A stretch of DNA of 64,000 nucleotides from positions 17,140 through 81,139 of the forward strand of contig JAFGUJ010000020.1 of the NCBI GenBank assembly GCA_016938595.1, given 5' to 3'. Below, in pieces: positions 47,875-57,337 of this stretch (position 1 is its first letter; each line of letters opens with the position of its first letter). Origin of the DNA: Campylobacterales bacterium (GTDB lineage: Bacteria > Campylobacterota > Campylobacteria > Campylobacterales > Sulfurimonadaceae). The translations under genes were made by a program, and so were the position numbers. The notes beneath the pieces are model-generated. The model saw only the letters and a program-made list of their open reading frames with translations. It had not been told where the DNA came from and ran no database searches.

Positions 47875-49704
47875 TTAGCGCGTGGTTCGAAGGTACCCGT
47901 TTTGGTACAGGTACATTTCGAGTTTTTGAAGTGTATCACTTTTTTCTTCTTCTGTGCTAAATTCGCTTATAGCCAGTTTATTTTTAAGGTTGGTCAGAAG
48001 TTTGGATTTGTCATACCCGATGTCCTCGAGGATGTTCATAATATTTTCGGATTCGGTGAAGTTTTCGATCTCATAACCTGTATCGTTGATGAGGATCGTA
48101 CACTCGCTGGGGTGGGTGAAAAGGTTGTGGTTCATCCCCAGCGTCTCCTGGTAGGCTCCGACGTTGAAGAACGCGAGGAAATACTCCTCTTCGTCCAGGT
48201 CGATGTCGTGGAGGTAGAGGGGGGTTTCGGGCTTGAAGCGGATCTCTCCGTCGCTGTCGCAGGTAATGTCCCACAAACTCGCCGCACGGATGGCGGGGAC
48301 ATCGAGACGGTCGAGGGGCATGATCGGAAACTGCTGCTGCAGACCCCAGTAGTCGGGGATGCTCTGAAAAATCGAGCTGTTGATCAGATAGCGCTCCTGC
48401 AGTTTGACCTGCAGCCGCTCGATGTCGGGGAGCGGGTTGTCCTGCGAGAGGTAGAGCGATTTTTTGATGATCTGGTGAACCAGGATCTCGGCATTGGAGC
48501 GGTCCTGAAGGTCGATGTGCCCCAGGTTAAACAGGGTGAGCAGGGACTCCATGTGGTCCAATGCATCGTGCATGTACTCGATGCAGGTACGGGGAGACAG
48601 GAGGGCGTTGAGTTCGCGCAGCTCTTCGATGAGCGGAGGATTTTGCTCTTTGAGTTTGAGCGATTTGGTCTGGTAGTCGTGGCTGAAAAGCTCCAGCACG
48701 GGAGCGATCAAAACCGAGTGGGACGCGACGACGAAACGCCCGGACTCGGTGAAGATATCGGGATGCTCGACTCCTTTGGCGTTCATGATTTAGCGCAGCA
48801 GGTAGACGACGCTGTTGGAGAACTCCTCCAAGGTGTAGTTCCGCATCCGCGTCGAGGGGTGCTGGGAGTATTCGACGGCCAGACCTCCCCCGATATTGAT
48901 GGCGCGCAGGTTGTCGGCCCCCATTTTTTTAAGTTCGGCGTAGATGTTTCCCGCTTCACGCAATACCCGCTTCAGCGTAGCGATCTCTTGCATCTGGCTT
49001 CCGACGTGGAAATGAATCATTGTAAAATGCTGGAGCATATTGTTCTCACGGAGCATCGCGATCGCTTCGATCAGCTCGGTGGAGGTGAGGCCGAATTTGG
49101 CGCTTAGACCGCTCGATTTTGCCCAAATACCGCTCCCCTCCGACTGGAGCCGCACGCGGATTCCGACATTGGGGACTTTGAGATTGCACTGCTGGGCGAC
49201 GTCGATGATCCATTCGAGCTCGCCCAGCCCTTCGATCGTGATCGTGATCTCATGCCCCATATGTGCCGCCATAAATCCGAGCGTGACCATCTCTTCGTCT
49301 TTGAAGCCGTTGACGGTGATCGGAGAGCCCAGCGGGGTTTTGGCCATCGCGAGGGCCAGCTCCGCTTTCGAGCCCGCTTCGAGACCATAGCTGTACCGCT
49401 CGCCGTGTTCGACGATCGCGTCAACCGCTTCGGGGAACTGGTTGACCTTGAGGGGGAATACGGCGTGGAATTTGCCGTTGTAGTCGTTTTCGAAGATGGC
49501 GCGGCGAAAATTCGAATAGAGCATGTCGATCTGTTTGCCGATCAGGTGAGGGAAGCGGAGGATCAACGGCCCGCGCAAGTTGGTTTTGCGTACCTGCTGA
49601 GTGATTTCGAGCAAGGAGGGGGAGCTTTTGTAGTTGACTTTGACTTTCCCCTGGTCAATGATATAGTTGTTTTCGCCCCAAATATCGATTCCGTATGTTT
49701 TCAT
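47875..49704 (-). pseudogene. speA: Biosynthetic arginine decarboxylase interrupted by a single in-frame TAA at 48790-48792
   Basis: FPLKVNQ, GLEAGSK, HFHVGSQ and GGGL lie before the stop; ESGR, TCDSDG and GAYQE lie after it in the same frame. Confidence 0.85.
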
Positions 49705-49726
49705 CGCTGATCCCTCCTCTGTAAGT

Positions 49727-50947
49727 TTAGTTTTCAAAAAATTGGCTCATCGGAATCTCTGATTCCGATTTTAGGGCAAGATCCTTGACCCAGATGGTTT
49801 GGTTGAGCCGTTCGTTTTCGCCGATGACCGCGCAGTAGCGGGCGTTGATCCGGTCGGCCCCCTTGAGGTGGTTCTGGAGTTTTTTAGGGTCGTATTCGAC
49901 GACCGCTTTTTCGCTTCGGCGGATCGATTCGGCCGCCTTGAGAACCATCGGAAGCGATTCGCTGTCCATCGCTCCCAGATAATACCCCTCGCGCACGCTT
50001 TCGGGCATGACGATCAGCTCCAGCAGCCGCTCGATTCCCAGGGCGAATCCGACCGCCGGGGTCGGTTTGCCGTCGAGGAATTCGATCAGACGGTCGTAGC
50101 GGCCTCCGCCGGCGATGGCGCTCTGGGAGCCGATGTTGTCGCTGACAAATTCAAACGCCGTTTTGGAGTAGTAGTCCAGCCCCCGTACGAGGTTGGTATC
50201 GATCTCATAGGCGATGCTGTGCTGATCGAGGACCCCTCTTAGGGTGTCAAAATCGCTCTGGCATTCGCCGCACAGGTGGTCGATCAGTTTCGGGGCATTG
50301 GCATAGAGACTCTGGCACTTATCGTTTTTGCAGTCGAGTACCCGGATCGGATTGGTCACTTTGCGGCGCTGGCAGTCTTCGCAGATTTCATCGCCGCAGC
50401 TTTCGATGAATTCGACCAGTTTTTCGCGGTAGGGGGGCATGCAGTGCTGGTCCCCAAGAGAGTTAAGCTTGAGACGGTAGCCGATTCCCAGTGCTTTGAG
50501 GATATCGGCGACCATCATGATCATCGTGGCATCTTCGTGGACGCTTGCCACGCCGAAACTCTCGACGCCGAACTGGTGGAATTCTCTCAGGCGCCCTTTT
50601 TGGGGGCGCTCATAGCGGAACATCGGCCCGTGGTAATAAAAGCGGTGGATTCCCCCTTTTTTGTCCAGCTTGTGCTGGATAAAGGCACGGACGACCCCGG
50701 CTGTCCCCTCGGGGCGGAGGCAGACGTCATTTCCCCCCTTGTCGGTGAACTGATACATCTCCTTGCCGACGATGTCGCTGCTCTCCCCGACGGAACGTTT
50801 GAAGAGGGAGGTCTCTTCGAGCAGAGGGGTTTCGATGTAGTGATAGCCGTAACGTTTGGCAATGCGTGAAGCGGTCTCGATGAAAAATTCAAAACGTTGG
50901 TAATCGTCGGAAAGGATGTCGTTCATTCCGCGCAGCGATTGGATCAT
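49727..50947 (-). CDS. hisS: Histidyl-tRNA synthetase
   Basis: RPEGTA, FRYERPQKGRLREFHQ, VRGLDYY and GGRYD motifs. Confidence 0.97.
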   Translation of the reverse strand: MIQSLRGMNDILSDDYQRFEFFIETASRIAKRYGYHYIETPLLEETSLFKRSVGESSDIVGKEMYQFTDKGGNDVCLRPEGTAGVVRAFIQHKLDKKGGIHRFYYHGPMFRYERPQKGRLREFHQFGVESFGVASVHEDATMIMMVADILKALGIGYRLKLNSLGDQHCMPPYREKLVEFIESCGDEICEDCQRRKVTNPIRVLDCKNDKCQSLYANAPKLIDHLCGECQSDFDTLRGVLDQHSIAYEIDTNLVRGLDYYSKTAFEFVSDNIGSQSAIAGGGRYDRLIEFLDGKPTPAVGFALGIERLLELIVMPESVREGYYLGAMDSESLPMVLKAAESIRRSEKAVVEYDPKKLQNHLKGADRINARYCAVIGENERLNQTIWVKDLALKSESEIPMSQFFEN

Positions 50948-51525
50948 AAGGCTCCTTTGATAAGGGTGGTGATTTCTTGGGTGATGTCATCGATGCTTTG
51001 GGTCGCGTCAATGACGTGGGTGTCGATTCCGAGGGCATAGGCCGCGTCTATCAGAGCATTCTGAATGGCGAGCAGGTAGCCGGTGCCGCGCGCTTCCACC
51101 CGGTCGTGCTCTTTTTGGCTCAGACGAAACGCAAGCTCTTCTGGGGTCAGTTTCAGGATCACAACCCGGTCGGGAAGGCATCCGCCTGTTGCCAGCCGGT
51201 TGAGCATCACGAGGGTGGCTTCATCGCACAGATTCTGCACGGCCGCGTAGGCCATTCCCGAGACGGCGGAACGGTCGCTGATAATGAGGCGATTCATATT
51301 GGGTAATATCACCGCTTCGGTGTGTTCGGCACGATCGGCTAAAAACAAAAGAAGCTCGGCCGTTTTGCTGACAAGATCGCCGTGCAGCACCATGTTGCGA
51401 ATCTCTGCCCCCACCGCGGTTCCTCCCGGCTCTTTGGTGATCAGGGCATCCGGAAACAAAGCGCGCAGGCGCTCGATCTGAGTGCTTTTCCCCGCCGTAT
51501 CGATCCCCTCTATCGCTAGGTACAT
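50944..51525 (-). CDS. tmk: Thymidylate kinase
   Basis: EGIDTAGKST, KEPGGT, LFLADR and SDR motifs. Confidence 0.93.
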   Translation of the reverse strand: MYLAIEGIDTAGKSTQIERLRALFPDALITKEPGGTAVGAEIRNMVLHGDLVSKTAELLLFLADRAEHTEAVILPNMNRLIISDRSAVSGMAYAAVQNLCDEATLVMLNRLATGGCLPDRVVILKLTPEELAFRLSQKEHDRVEARGTGYLLAIQNALIDAAYALGIDTHVIDATQSIDDITQEITTLIKGAL

Positions 51526-52025
51526 GGGTTGGCCTCGGGCAGCGTGCAGGATTTCATGCTCCAAATGACGTTTTGCACCGGTGCTGGGAGCAGGTGTTCC
51601 GTTTTGCCGTTGAACTTCAGGAGGTTGCGGACAATGGAAGAGCTGATGAAAGCATGGCGGAGTTTGGGCATCAGGTATACCGTCTCGATGTTAGGCTCCA
51701 GAGAGTTATTCAGGTACCCCAGCTGCAGCTCGAACTCAAAATCGCTCACCGCACGCAGTCCGCGGATGAGAACGGTGGCATCGAGCGATTTGGCCAGTTC
51801 GACGGTCAGGTTGTCAAAACCGACAACACGGACCCTTTCCAGATGCTCTACGGCGAGTTTGGTCATCTCGACCCGCTCCTCGAGGGTGAACATGGGGCGT
51901 TTGTCCCGCGATTCGGCGACGGCGACGATTACTTCGTCAAAGAGGCGGATGCCCCGCTCGATAATGTCGAAGTGGCCGTTGGTGATCGGGTCGAACGTCC
52001 CGGGATAAAGGGCTATTTTATGCAT
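51516..52025 (-). CDS. coaD: Phosphopantetheine adenylyltransferase
   Basis: YPGTFDPITNGH, RGLR..SDFEFE and ISSS motifs. Confidence 0.96.
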   Translation of the reverse strand: MHKIALYPGTFDPITNGHFDIIERGIRLFDEVIVAVAESRDKRPMFTLEERVEMTKLAVEHLERVRVVGFDNLTVELAKSLDATVLIRGLRAVSDFEFELQLGYLNNSLEPNIETVYLMPKLRHAFISSSIVRNLLKFNGKTEHLLPAPVQNVIWSMKSCTLPEANPCT

Positions 52026-52548
52026 GAGTGTCATCCCAGCGTTTGTAAAGATTGTTGTCAATCCCCAGAAGGTCGAACCATTTGCCGATCATGAAGTTTT
52101 CCATTGCTTCGAGGGTGTTTTGTTCTCCGTAATAGGCCAGTACCGGAGGGGCGATGATGACCCCCAGCATGGAGAGTTTGTGCATGTTTTCCAGCGCGAT
52201 GGGGGAGAACGGAATCTCTCTGGGGGCGAGGACGAGGGTGCGACGCTCTTTGATCATCACCGCTGCGGCCCGCGTGATCAGGTTGTCGGCAATGCCGCAG
52301 GCGATTTTGGCGAGCGTGTTCATGCTGCAGGGGGTGATGATCATGGCATCGGCTCCGTACGATCCCGAAGCGACCGAGGCCCAGATTTCATCGTTCCGGT
52401 GCACCGTGAGGTTTTCCTCTTTTTCTAGAACGATTTGGGCATGCTCGGAAAGGATCAGGTGTTTTTGGACCGATTCGGGAAGGGCGCGCAGCGTTTTGAT
52501 TCCGAGGGCGGCACCGCTGGCACCGCTGATTCCCACGACGATTTTCAT
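52018..52548 (-). CDS. ubiX: Flavin prenyltransferase UbiX/MqnP-type
   Basis: GISGASG, ASGS, PCSMNTLA and KERR..LAPRE motifs. Confidence 0.92.
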   Translation of the reverse strand: MKIVVGISGASGAALGIKTLRALPESVQKHLILSEHAQIVLEKEENLTVHRNDEIWASVASGSYGADAMIITPCSMNTLAKIACGIADNLITRAAAVMIKERRTLVLAPREIPFSPIALENMHKLSMLGVIIAPPVLAYYGEQNTLEAMENFMIGKWFDLLGIDNNLYKRWDDTHA

Positions 52549-53411
52549 TGAAGTTCCACCCGATTTTTTCCGATCACTTTGGCTTTGGAGCGTTTGCCGT
52601 CCCTTTTTTGAATCGTAATAATATCATAGAGTGCCCCCTCTTGCGTTGCGGTTGCGCTCAATTCGAGAACGACAGAGCCGTTTCGTATCTGTACGATGAC
52701 GTTTTCGTTTCTAAGAACGAGCGGAACCGCTTCGATGTTGCGGACATTCAGGAGGGTGCCGTTTTTGAGGTTTGAACGAAACCGCACCGATTCGGAGGGA
52801 AAGGCGGTGAGGGGGATGTCTTTGAACGATGTGAAAGGGACCGGTTTGAGCAGGGTATTGGAACCGCCCAGAGTCTCTTTGCGTAAAACTCTCCGGGTGG
52901 TATGGAGGACGGGGAGGAGGGCGTCGACCGAGTAGTCGAGATAGCGTCTGAGCCCCTGGGAATTGAGGACGTAGAAGGTCCCCGAACCGTTTTGATAGAT
53001 CCGGTTGTCAAAAAACCCTTTGGCGTCATGGGGTAAAGAGTCCAGGTATCCGCGCGGGGTGATCTTCACAGCGCGAATGCGGATGGAAGGGTAGCGTTCC
53101 CGAAGTTTCTCGGCCAGCTGATCTTCAAGGGATGTCAAGTCGACGGGGCTTTTTTTGACAAAATTGACGTAGCGGATCTTCGCCGTGTCGATCGTGATGC
53201 CGTGAAGTTCGAAGGTTTTGGCCAGAGTCTGGGCATCGAGGCGGTAGAGGGTCTTCTCGGCGGGGATCCTCACAACCTCGAAACGCTTTTCCACTTCAGG
53301 AAAAAGGTCGGTAGAGACGATGGTGGGGTCGGTATAGAGATACTCTTCTTTGAGTTCATGGGCATGAAATACGGAAACCAGCAACAAGAGAAGGGGTAAA
53401 AAATTATTCAT
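52545..53411 (-). CDS. flgA: Flagellar P-ring formation chaperone FlgA
   Basis: Signal peptide, C-terminal PLVLRNENV...ATQEG...AKVIG domain; usual position before ubiX. Confidence 0.75.
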   Translation of the reverse strand: MNNFLPLLLLLVSVFHAHELKEEYLYTDPTIVSTDLFPEVEKRFEVVRIPAEKTLYRLDAQTLAKTFELHGITIDTAKIRYVNFVKKSPVDLTSLEDQLAEKLRERYPSIRIRAVKITPRGYLDSLPHDAKGFFDNRIYQNGSGTFYVLNSQGLRRYLDYSVDALLPVLHTTRRVLRKETLGGSNTLLKPVPFTSFKDIPLTAFPSESVRFRSNLKNGTLLNVRNIEAVPLVLRNENVIVQIRNGSVVLELSATATQEGALYDIITIQKRDGKRSKAKVIGKNRVELQ

Positions 53412-53661
53412 TCTTTATTTTAGCACAGTTGGCCTCGATCAAAACGGTGATCTCCTCCACTTCCAGAGCTCTGGAAACAGAGACGACCTGATCGTCTATC
53501 ACGACGGAGGGGGTGCTTTTGATGTCGTAGCCGAGCATTCGGGAAAGGTCGGAGGTTTTTTCAAAATCGATGGGGCAGGGGCTGGAAAGAATCGCTGTTT
53601 CGATGTTCGCGGCGATTTCTCGGCACAGGTCGCAGCCGGTTCCGAACAGGATGATTTTCAT
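53404..53661 (-). CDS. Small thioredoxin-like protein (MTH895/Thioredoxin_3 type)
   Basis: GTGCDLC and STPSVVIDD motifs; coupled to sulP by a TGATG overlap. Confidence 0.8.
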   Translation of the reverse strand: MKIILFGTGCDLCREIAANIETAILSSPCPIDFEKTSDLSRMLGYDIKSTPSVVIDDQVVSVSRALEVEEITVLIEANCAKIKNE

Positions 53662-55328
53662 CAAGTGTTCGCTCCCAGGACGTAGCCGGAGCGGATCAGC
53701 GCTTTGTCGATATGGTCCACGATGTTGTCGTGGCCGATCTGGTCGCCGACGTGTGATTTTTCGATGAAGCGGCGTACCTGTGGATTGACGCCTGAGAGGA
53801 TAAGGTGGGTGCCGTTTTGGCCGAGCCTCTCATGCAGCACCTCGAGGGCGTGTAGTCCCGCCGCATCGATCAGGGGGACGTAGCGCATCCGGAGGATGAA
53901 AACCTGCGGCGGTTTTTCAAAGAGGAGGAGCGTATCGACCAGCTTTTCGGCAACACCGAAAAAGAGGGGCCCCTGGATCTCGTAGACCTCGACCTCTTCG
54001 GGGATCGATTTGTTGTGGATCGAATCGGGGTCGTTCTCCGCCCGCTCGACGGCGCCGATGCGGGTTGCCTTCATCATCTGGTCGATGAAAAGGATGGATG
54101 CCAGGGCGATTCCCGCCTGGATGGCGAAGTTCAGGTCGACGAGGACGGTAAGCAGAAAGGTCGTGATGAGGACGATACGGTCGGTCCGCGGGGCTTTCAT
54201 GATTTCTCTAACGTGTTTGATCTCCGACATGTTCCACGCGACGACCATCAGGATCGCCGCGAGGGCCGCGAGAGGGACCTTGACGATGAGGGGGGAGAGG
54301 AGGAGCATGAAGACAAAGAGCCACGCCGCGTGCATCATCCCCGCTACCGGGGTGCGGGCACCGGCTTTGACGTTGGTGGCGGTGCGGGCGATGGCGCCGG
54401 TGGCGGGGAGCCCTCCGAAGATCCCGGAGGCAACGTTGGCGATCCCCTGTCCCATGAGTTCGGCGTTGGGTTTGTGGCGGGTGCCGGCCATCCCGTCGGC
54501 GACGACGGCCGAGAGGAGCGATTCGATGGCGGCGAGCGTCGCGATCGTGATCGCATCGGGAAGAAGGAGGCGGAGTTTTTCGAACGTTATCTCCGGCCAC
54601 ACGGGGGTGGGGAGGGAGGAGGGGATGGCACCGAAGCGGCTCTCGATCGTTTCGACGGGCAGGGCAAGGGCCCACACCGCCAGAGCTGAGAGGACCACGA
54701 CGATGATCGGACCGGGAATTTTGGGAATATGCCGTTTCGTCAATACGATGACACCGATCGAGGCGAGGGCGAGGATGACGGCGGTGATATTGGTATCATG
54801 CAGGTGGGCGAGATAGACCCCAAGCTTCTCAAGAAAATCGGGGGGGACGGTGTCGACATGGAGGCCGAAAAAATCGCGGATCTGCGAGAAGGCGATCAGC
54901 AGCGCGATCCCCGAGGTAAAGCCGACGATCACGGGGTAGGGGATGAATTTGATCATCTCTCCGGCCCGCAGAAAAGCCATCAGGACGAGGATTCCCCCCG
55001 CCATGATCGTGGCGAGGACCAGCCCCTCGTAGCCGTGTTTCATGGCGACCGTGGCGACCGTGACGATAAATGCCGCCGTAGGGCCGCCGATCTGGTAGCG
55101 GCTACCGCCGTGGGCAGAGATCAGAAATCCCGCGACGATCGCGGTGAAGAGCCCCCGTTCGGGGGGGAGGTTGGAAGCGATCGCAATGGCCATGGCCAGA
55201 GGGAGGGCGACGATGGCGACGGCGAGACCGGCGATCGCGTCGGCGATAAAGTCGGAACGGCTGTAGCCCTGACGTCGGAAAAGGGTGATAAGTTTCGGCT
55301 CCAGTGAGTCGTGGAGTGAGCGCAACAT
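53661..55328 (-). CDS. SulP/SLC26 anion transporter with STAS domain
   Basis: PLAMA.A, IGGPT, ESLLS, GAIART motifs and STAS (GPLFFG, IDAAG). Confidence 0.93.
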   Translation of the reverse strand: MLRSLHDSLEPKLITLFRRQGYSRSDFIADAIAGLAVAIVALPLAMAIAIASNLPPERGLFTAIVAGFLISAHGGSRYQIGGPTAAFIVTVATVAMKHGYEGLVLATIMAGGILVLMAFLRAGEMIKFIPYPVIVGFTSGIALLIAFSQIRDFFGLHVDTVPPDFLEKLGVYLAHLHDTNITAVILALASIGVIVLTKRHIPKIPGPIIVVVLSALAVWALALPVETIESRFGAIPSSLPTPVWPEITFEKLRLLLPDAITIATLAAIESLLSAVVADGMAGTRHKPNAELMGQGIANVASGIFGGLPATGAIARTATNVKAGARTPVAGMMHAAWLFVFMLLLSPLIVKVPLAALAAILMVVAWNMSEIKHVREIMKAPRTDRIVLITTFLLTVLVDLNFAIQAGIALASILFIDQMMKATRIGAVERAENDPDSIHNKSIPEEVEVYEIQGPLFFGVAEKLVDTLLLFEKPPQVFILRMRYVPLIDAAGLHALEVLHERLGQNGTHLILSGVNPQVRRFIEKSHVGDQIGHDNIVDHIDKALIRSGYVLGANT

Positions 55329-55361
55329 GAAAGCAGTGTCCTTGGGAAAATCAATGGCGAA

Positions 55362-55370
55362 AGTGTAGCA
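55362..55370 (-). promoter_or_regulatory. Extended -10 promoter for sulP
   Basis: TGc-TACACT upstream of the AAGGA RBS. Confidence 0.5.
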
Positions 55371-55389
55371 CTTTTTTCGCGATAAAGTG

Positions 55390-55656
55390 TTATTTAGAAA
55401 TGACTGCCGTTATCGTATAGCCCGTTTGGGCGACGGCGTTTTGCATCGCGCCGAGGGTGACACTCTCATCGGCGGTGACGAGGGCCGATTCGTTTTTGAA
55501 ATTGACGCGGGCTGCCCGAACCCCGGGGACCCCCAGCAGCGCTTTTTTGACCGCCAGGGTGCAGGCGATACAGTGCATCCCTCCGATCCGGAGACTCCAT
55601 TCGCGCGCTCCGAGGAGTGCCGCGCACAGGAGCAAAAGGGCCATTATTCTCCCCAT
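55390..55656 (-). CDS. MerP-like periplasmic heavy-metal-associated (HMA) protein
   Basis: Signal peptide, GMHCIAC..AVKKAL..VPGV and C-terminal GY; start 55656 preferred (55662 and 55644 possible). Confidence 0.85.
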   Translation of the reverse strand: MGRIMALLLLCAALLGAREWSLRIGGMHCIACTLAVKKALLGVPGVRAARVNFKNESALVTADESVTLGAMQNAVAQTGYTITAVISK

Positions 55657-56255
55657 ATCCATCCCTCGTAGTACGGATAGAAGAGGGCGGCAATGCTGAA
55701 GAGGAAAAGGACCCAGAACGCCAGGACGAGGAGACGGGAAGCCAGGCTGGGGGCGCAGTCGCATTCGATCTGCTTTTTGATTACCATTTTGTAAAAACCG
55801 ATCCCCAGCATCACTACAGCCGCCGCCGTGAAAATCCACCGGTAGGGCTCGAGGGCGGAAACGTTGATGATTCCGGCAAACGAGATGCCGAACACCATGA
55901 ACAGGGTCGGCACCAGGCAGCACGAGGCCGAGAGGAGCGCGGTGGCGAAGGCGGCAGTGAGGACGAGTACCGAACTGCGGCGTTCCTGAACGATCATCGC
56001 ATCGAGCGGGTTCTCCTCGTCCGGTTTTTCGACGTACCCTTTCCCCTTGACGATGACGAGGCGGGTGGCCCCGTCATCCAGACTCTCCTCGCTGAACGTA
56101 CAGCGCTGCGAGAGGGCGAAGCGCTTGCAGTTTTCGCGCCCCGAGAGGGTATTGACCTCGACGATGAGGGTCGCATCCTCGGGGAGGGCATCGAGCGCCT
56201 TTTTGGTCTCGAGCACCGGCCGCGGGCACTCCATGTCCCGGCAGTCGAGGATCAC
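55644..56255 (-). CDS. TusA/SirA/YedF sulfur-selenium carrier domain fused to a MerT-like transporter
   Basis: N-terminal LDCRDMECPRPVLETKKAL; C-terminal ASCCLVP, LEPYR, cytoplasmic CDC, three TMs, YPY; one uninterrupted ORF. Confidence 0.85.
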   Translation of the reverse strand: MILDCRDMECPRPVLETKKALDALPEDATLIVEVNTLSGRENCKRFALSQRCTFSEESLDDGATRLVIVKGKGYVEKPDEENPLDAMIVQERRSSVLVLTAAFATALLSASCCLVPTLFMVFGISFAGIINVSALEPYRWIFTAAAVVMLGIGFYKMVIKKQIECDCAPSLASRLLVLAFWVLFLFSIAALFYPYYEGWIWGE

Positions 56256-57334
56256 AGAATCCCCTTTGCGGAGCGGAACGCATAGCGGTAGGAGGCGGGA
56301 TCGAACGGGTCGAGGTATTCCTCCTCAACCTCGGCGTAGGGGTAGCCGAAGGAGTCGAGCATTCCCTGGGCGTTGGCGGGAAAGAGGTCGAAATCGCGGG
56401 CGTGGTTGAGGGCCATCCAGTTGTTCTCCCAGAAGCCGAAAAATTTCTCGGCGAGCGCGCGGGCGCGCGGGGAACTTTTCTCGATCCCCTCTTTGAGGAC
56501 CAGTTTCGTGATGTCGGCGGGGTCGCAGGGGATCCACCCGAGTTGCGGGGTGAAAAACTCGACCTTGCAGTGCTGCGCCTTCGTGATCGTCTCTCCCGCG
56601 CCGAACGCCGCGGAGAGGCGCGATTCCCCGACCCGGATCCCCATCACTTCGCGAGACGGGATCCCCGAGGCGCGCATCAGCGCGACGCACAGCGCCGACA
56701 TGTCGAGGCACTTGCCCCCCATATGGCCGTTTTTTTCCAGTTCGGCGAGCATGGCGTTGGGGCTTCCCGTACCGCATCCCATGACGCTCTCGTCGCGGTA
56801 GCTGTTGTCGACGATCCAGTCGTAGATCCTGCGGGCTTTTTTGAGGGGCTCTTTTTCAGCCCCGACGATGAGGGCGGAAATCCGGGCGACGGCGCCGTCG
56901 GTCGGGAGGTGCGCGGAGGGGGCCAGAAAGGCTTTGGACTCCTCGATCGTCTCGGGACAGATCCTCTGCGGACGCCAATTGCACTGCCGGTCGCGCAATG
57001 CAACGGTGAGGGAGAGCTCGAGTGTTTTGGAAGGGGCGCTTTTGCCCCAGTGGGCATAGAAGGTGCGGGCGCTGTATCGGTTGGCTTCGCTCTCGTAGCT
57101 TTCAGCGGCGTCGGTGCGCCACCCCGTTTTCAGGATCTCCTGAAATCCGCTGATCCGCGAGGGGAGGGGAATCCACAGGGAAACGTCGCCGCCGTGGTGG
57201 GAGAGGTCGAAACTCCAGCGAAGCTCATAAAGGGCCAGCGTTTCCGGACCCTTTTTCTGCTCCGCGGCAAACGAGGGGGTGAGACACAGGGTGGTGGCTG
57301 CGGCAGTATGGGTGATGAAGGTGCGTCGGGTCAT
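56252..57334 (-). CDS. Tat-exported transglutaminase-like (papain-fold Cys) protein
   Basis: TRRTFI Tat motif; GKC, QHC and DPAD catalytic triad motifs; additional GCG motif. Confidence 0.85.
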   Translation of the reverse strand: MTRRTFITHTAAATTLCLTPSFAAEQKKGPETLALYELRWSFDLSHHGGDVSLWIPLPSRISGFQEILKTGWRTDAAESYESEANRYSARTFYAHWGKSAPSKTLELSLTVALRDRQCNWRPQRICPETIEESKAFLAPSAHLPTDGAVARISALIVGAEKEPLKKARRIYDWIVDNSYRDESVMGCGTGSPNAMLAELEKNGHMGGKCLDMSALCVALMRASGIPSREVMGIRVGESRLSAAFGAGETITKAQHCKVEFFTPQLGWIPCDPADITKLVLKEGIEKSSPRARALAEKFFGFWENNWMALNHARDFDLFPANAQGMLDSFGYPYAEVEEEYLDPFDPASYRYAFRSAKGIL

Positions 57335-57337
57335 GGA

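Noticed and set aside
48790-48792. Programmed read-through or Sec/Pyl insertion in speA
   Set aside because: The codon is TAA, which is not recoded to Sec or Pyl, and other genes here use TAA as a normal stop.
47254-49107. Long antisense ORFs (e.g. 47254-49107 +, 56402-58390 +, 9668-11284 -, 8463-9662 -)
   Set aside because: They lie opposite well-supported genes, lack motifs and RBS, and are expected shadows of GC-rich codon usage.
55390-56255. Classical mer mercury-resistance operon
   Set aside because: No merA, merR or merD, no MerR-type long-spacer promoter and no transposon; the genes are coupled to selD/selU instead.
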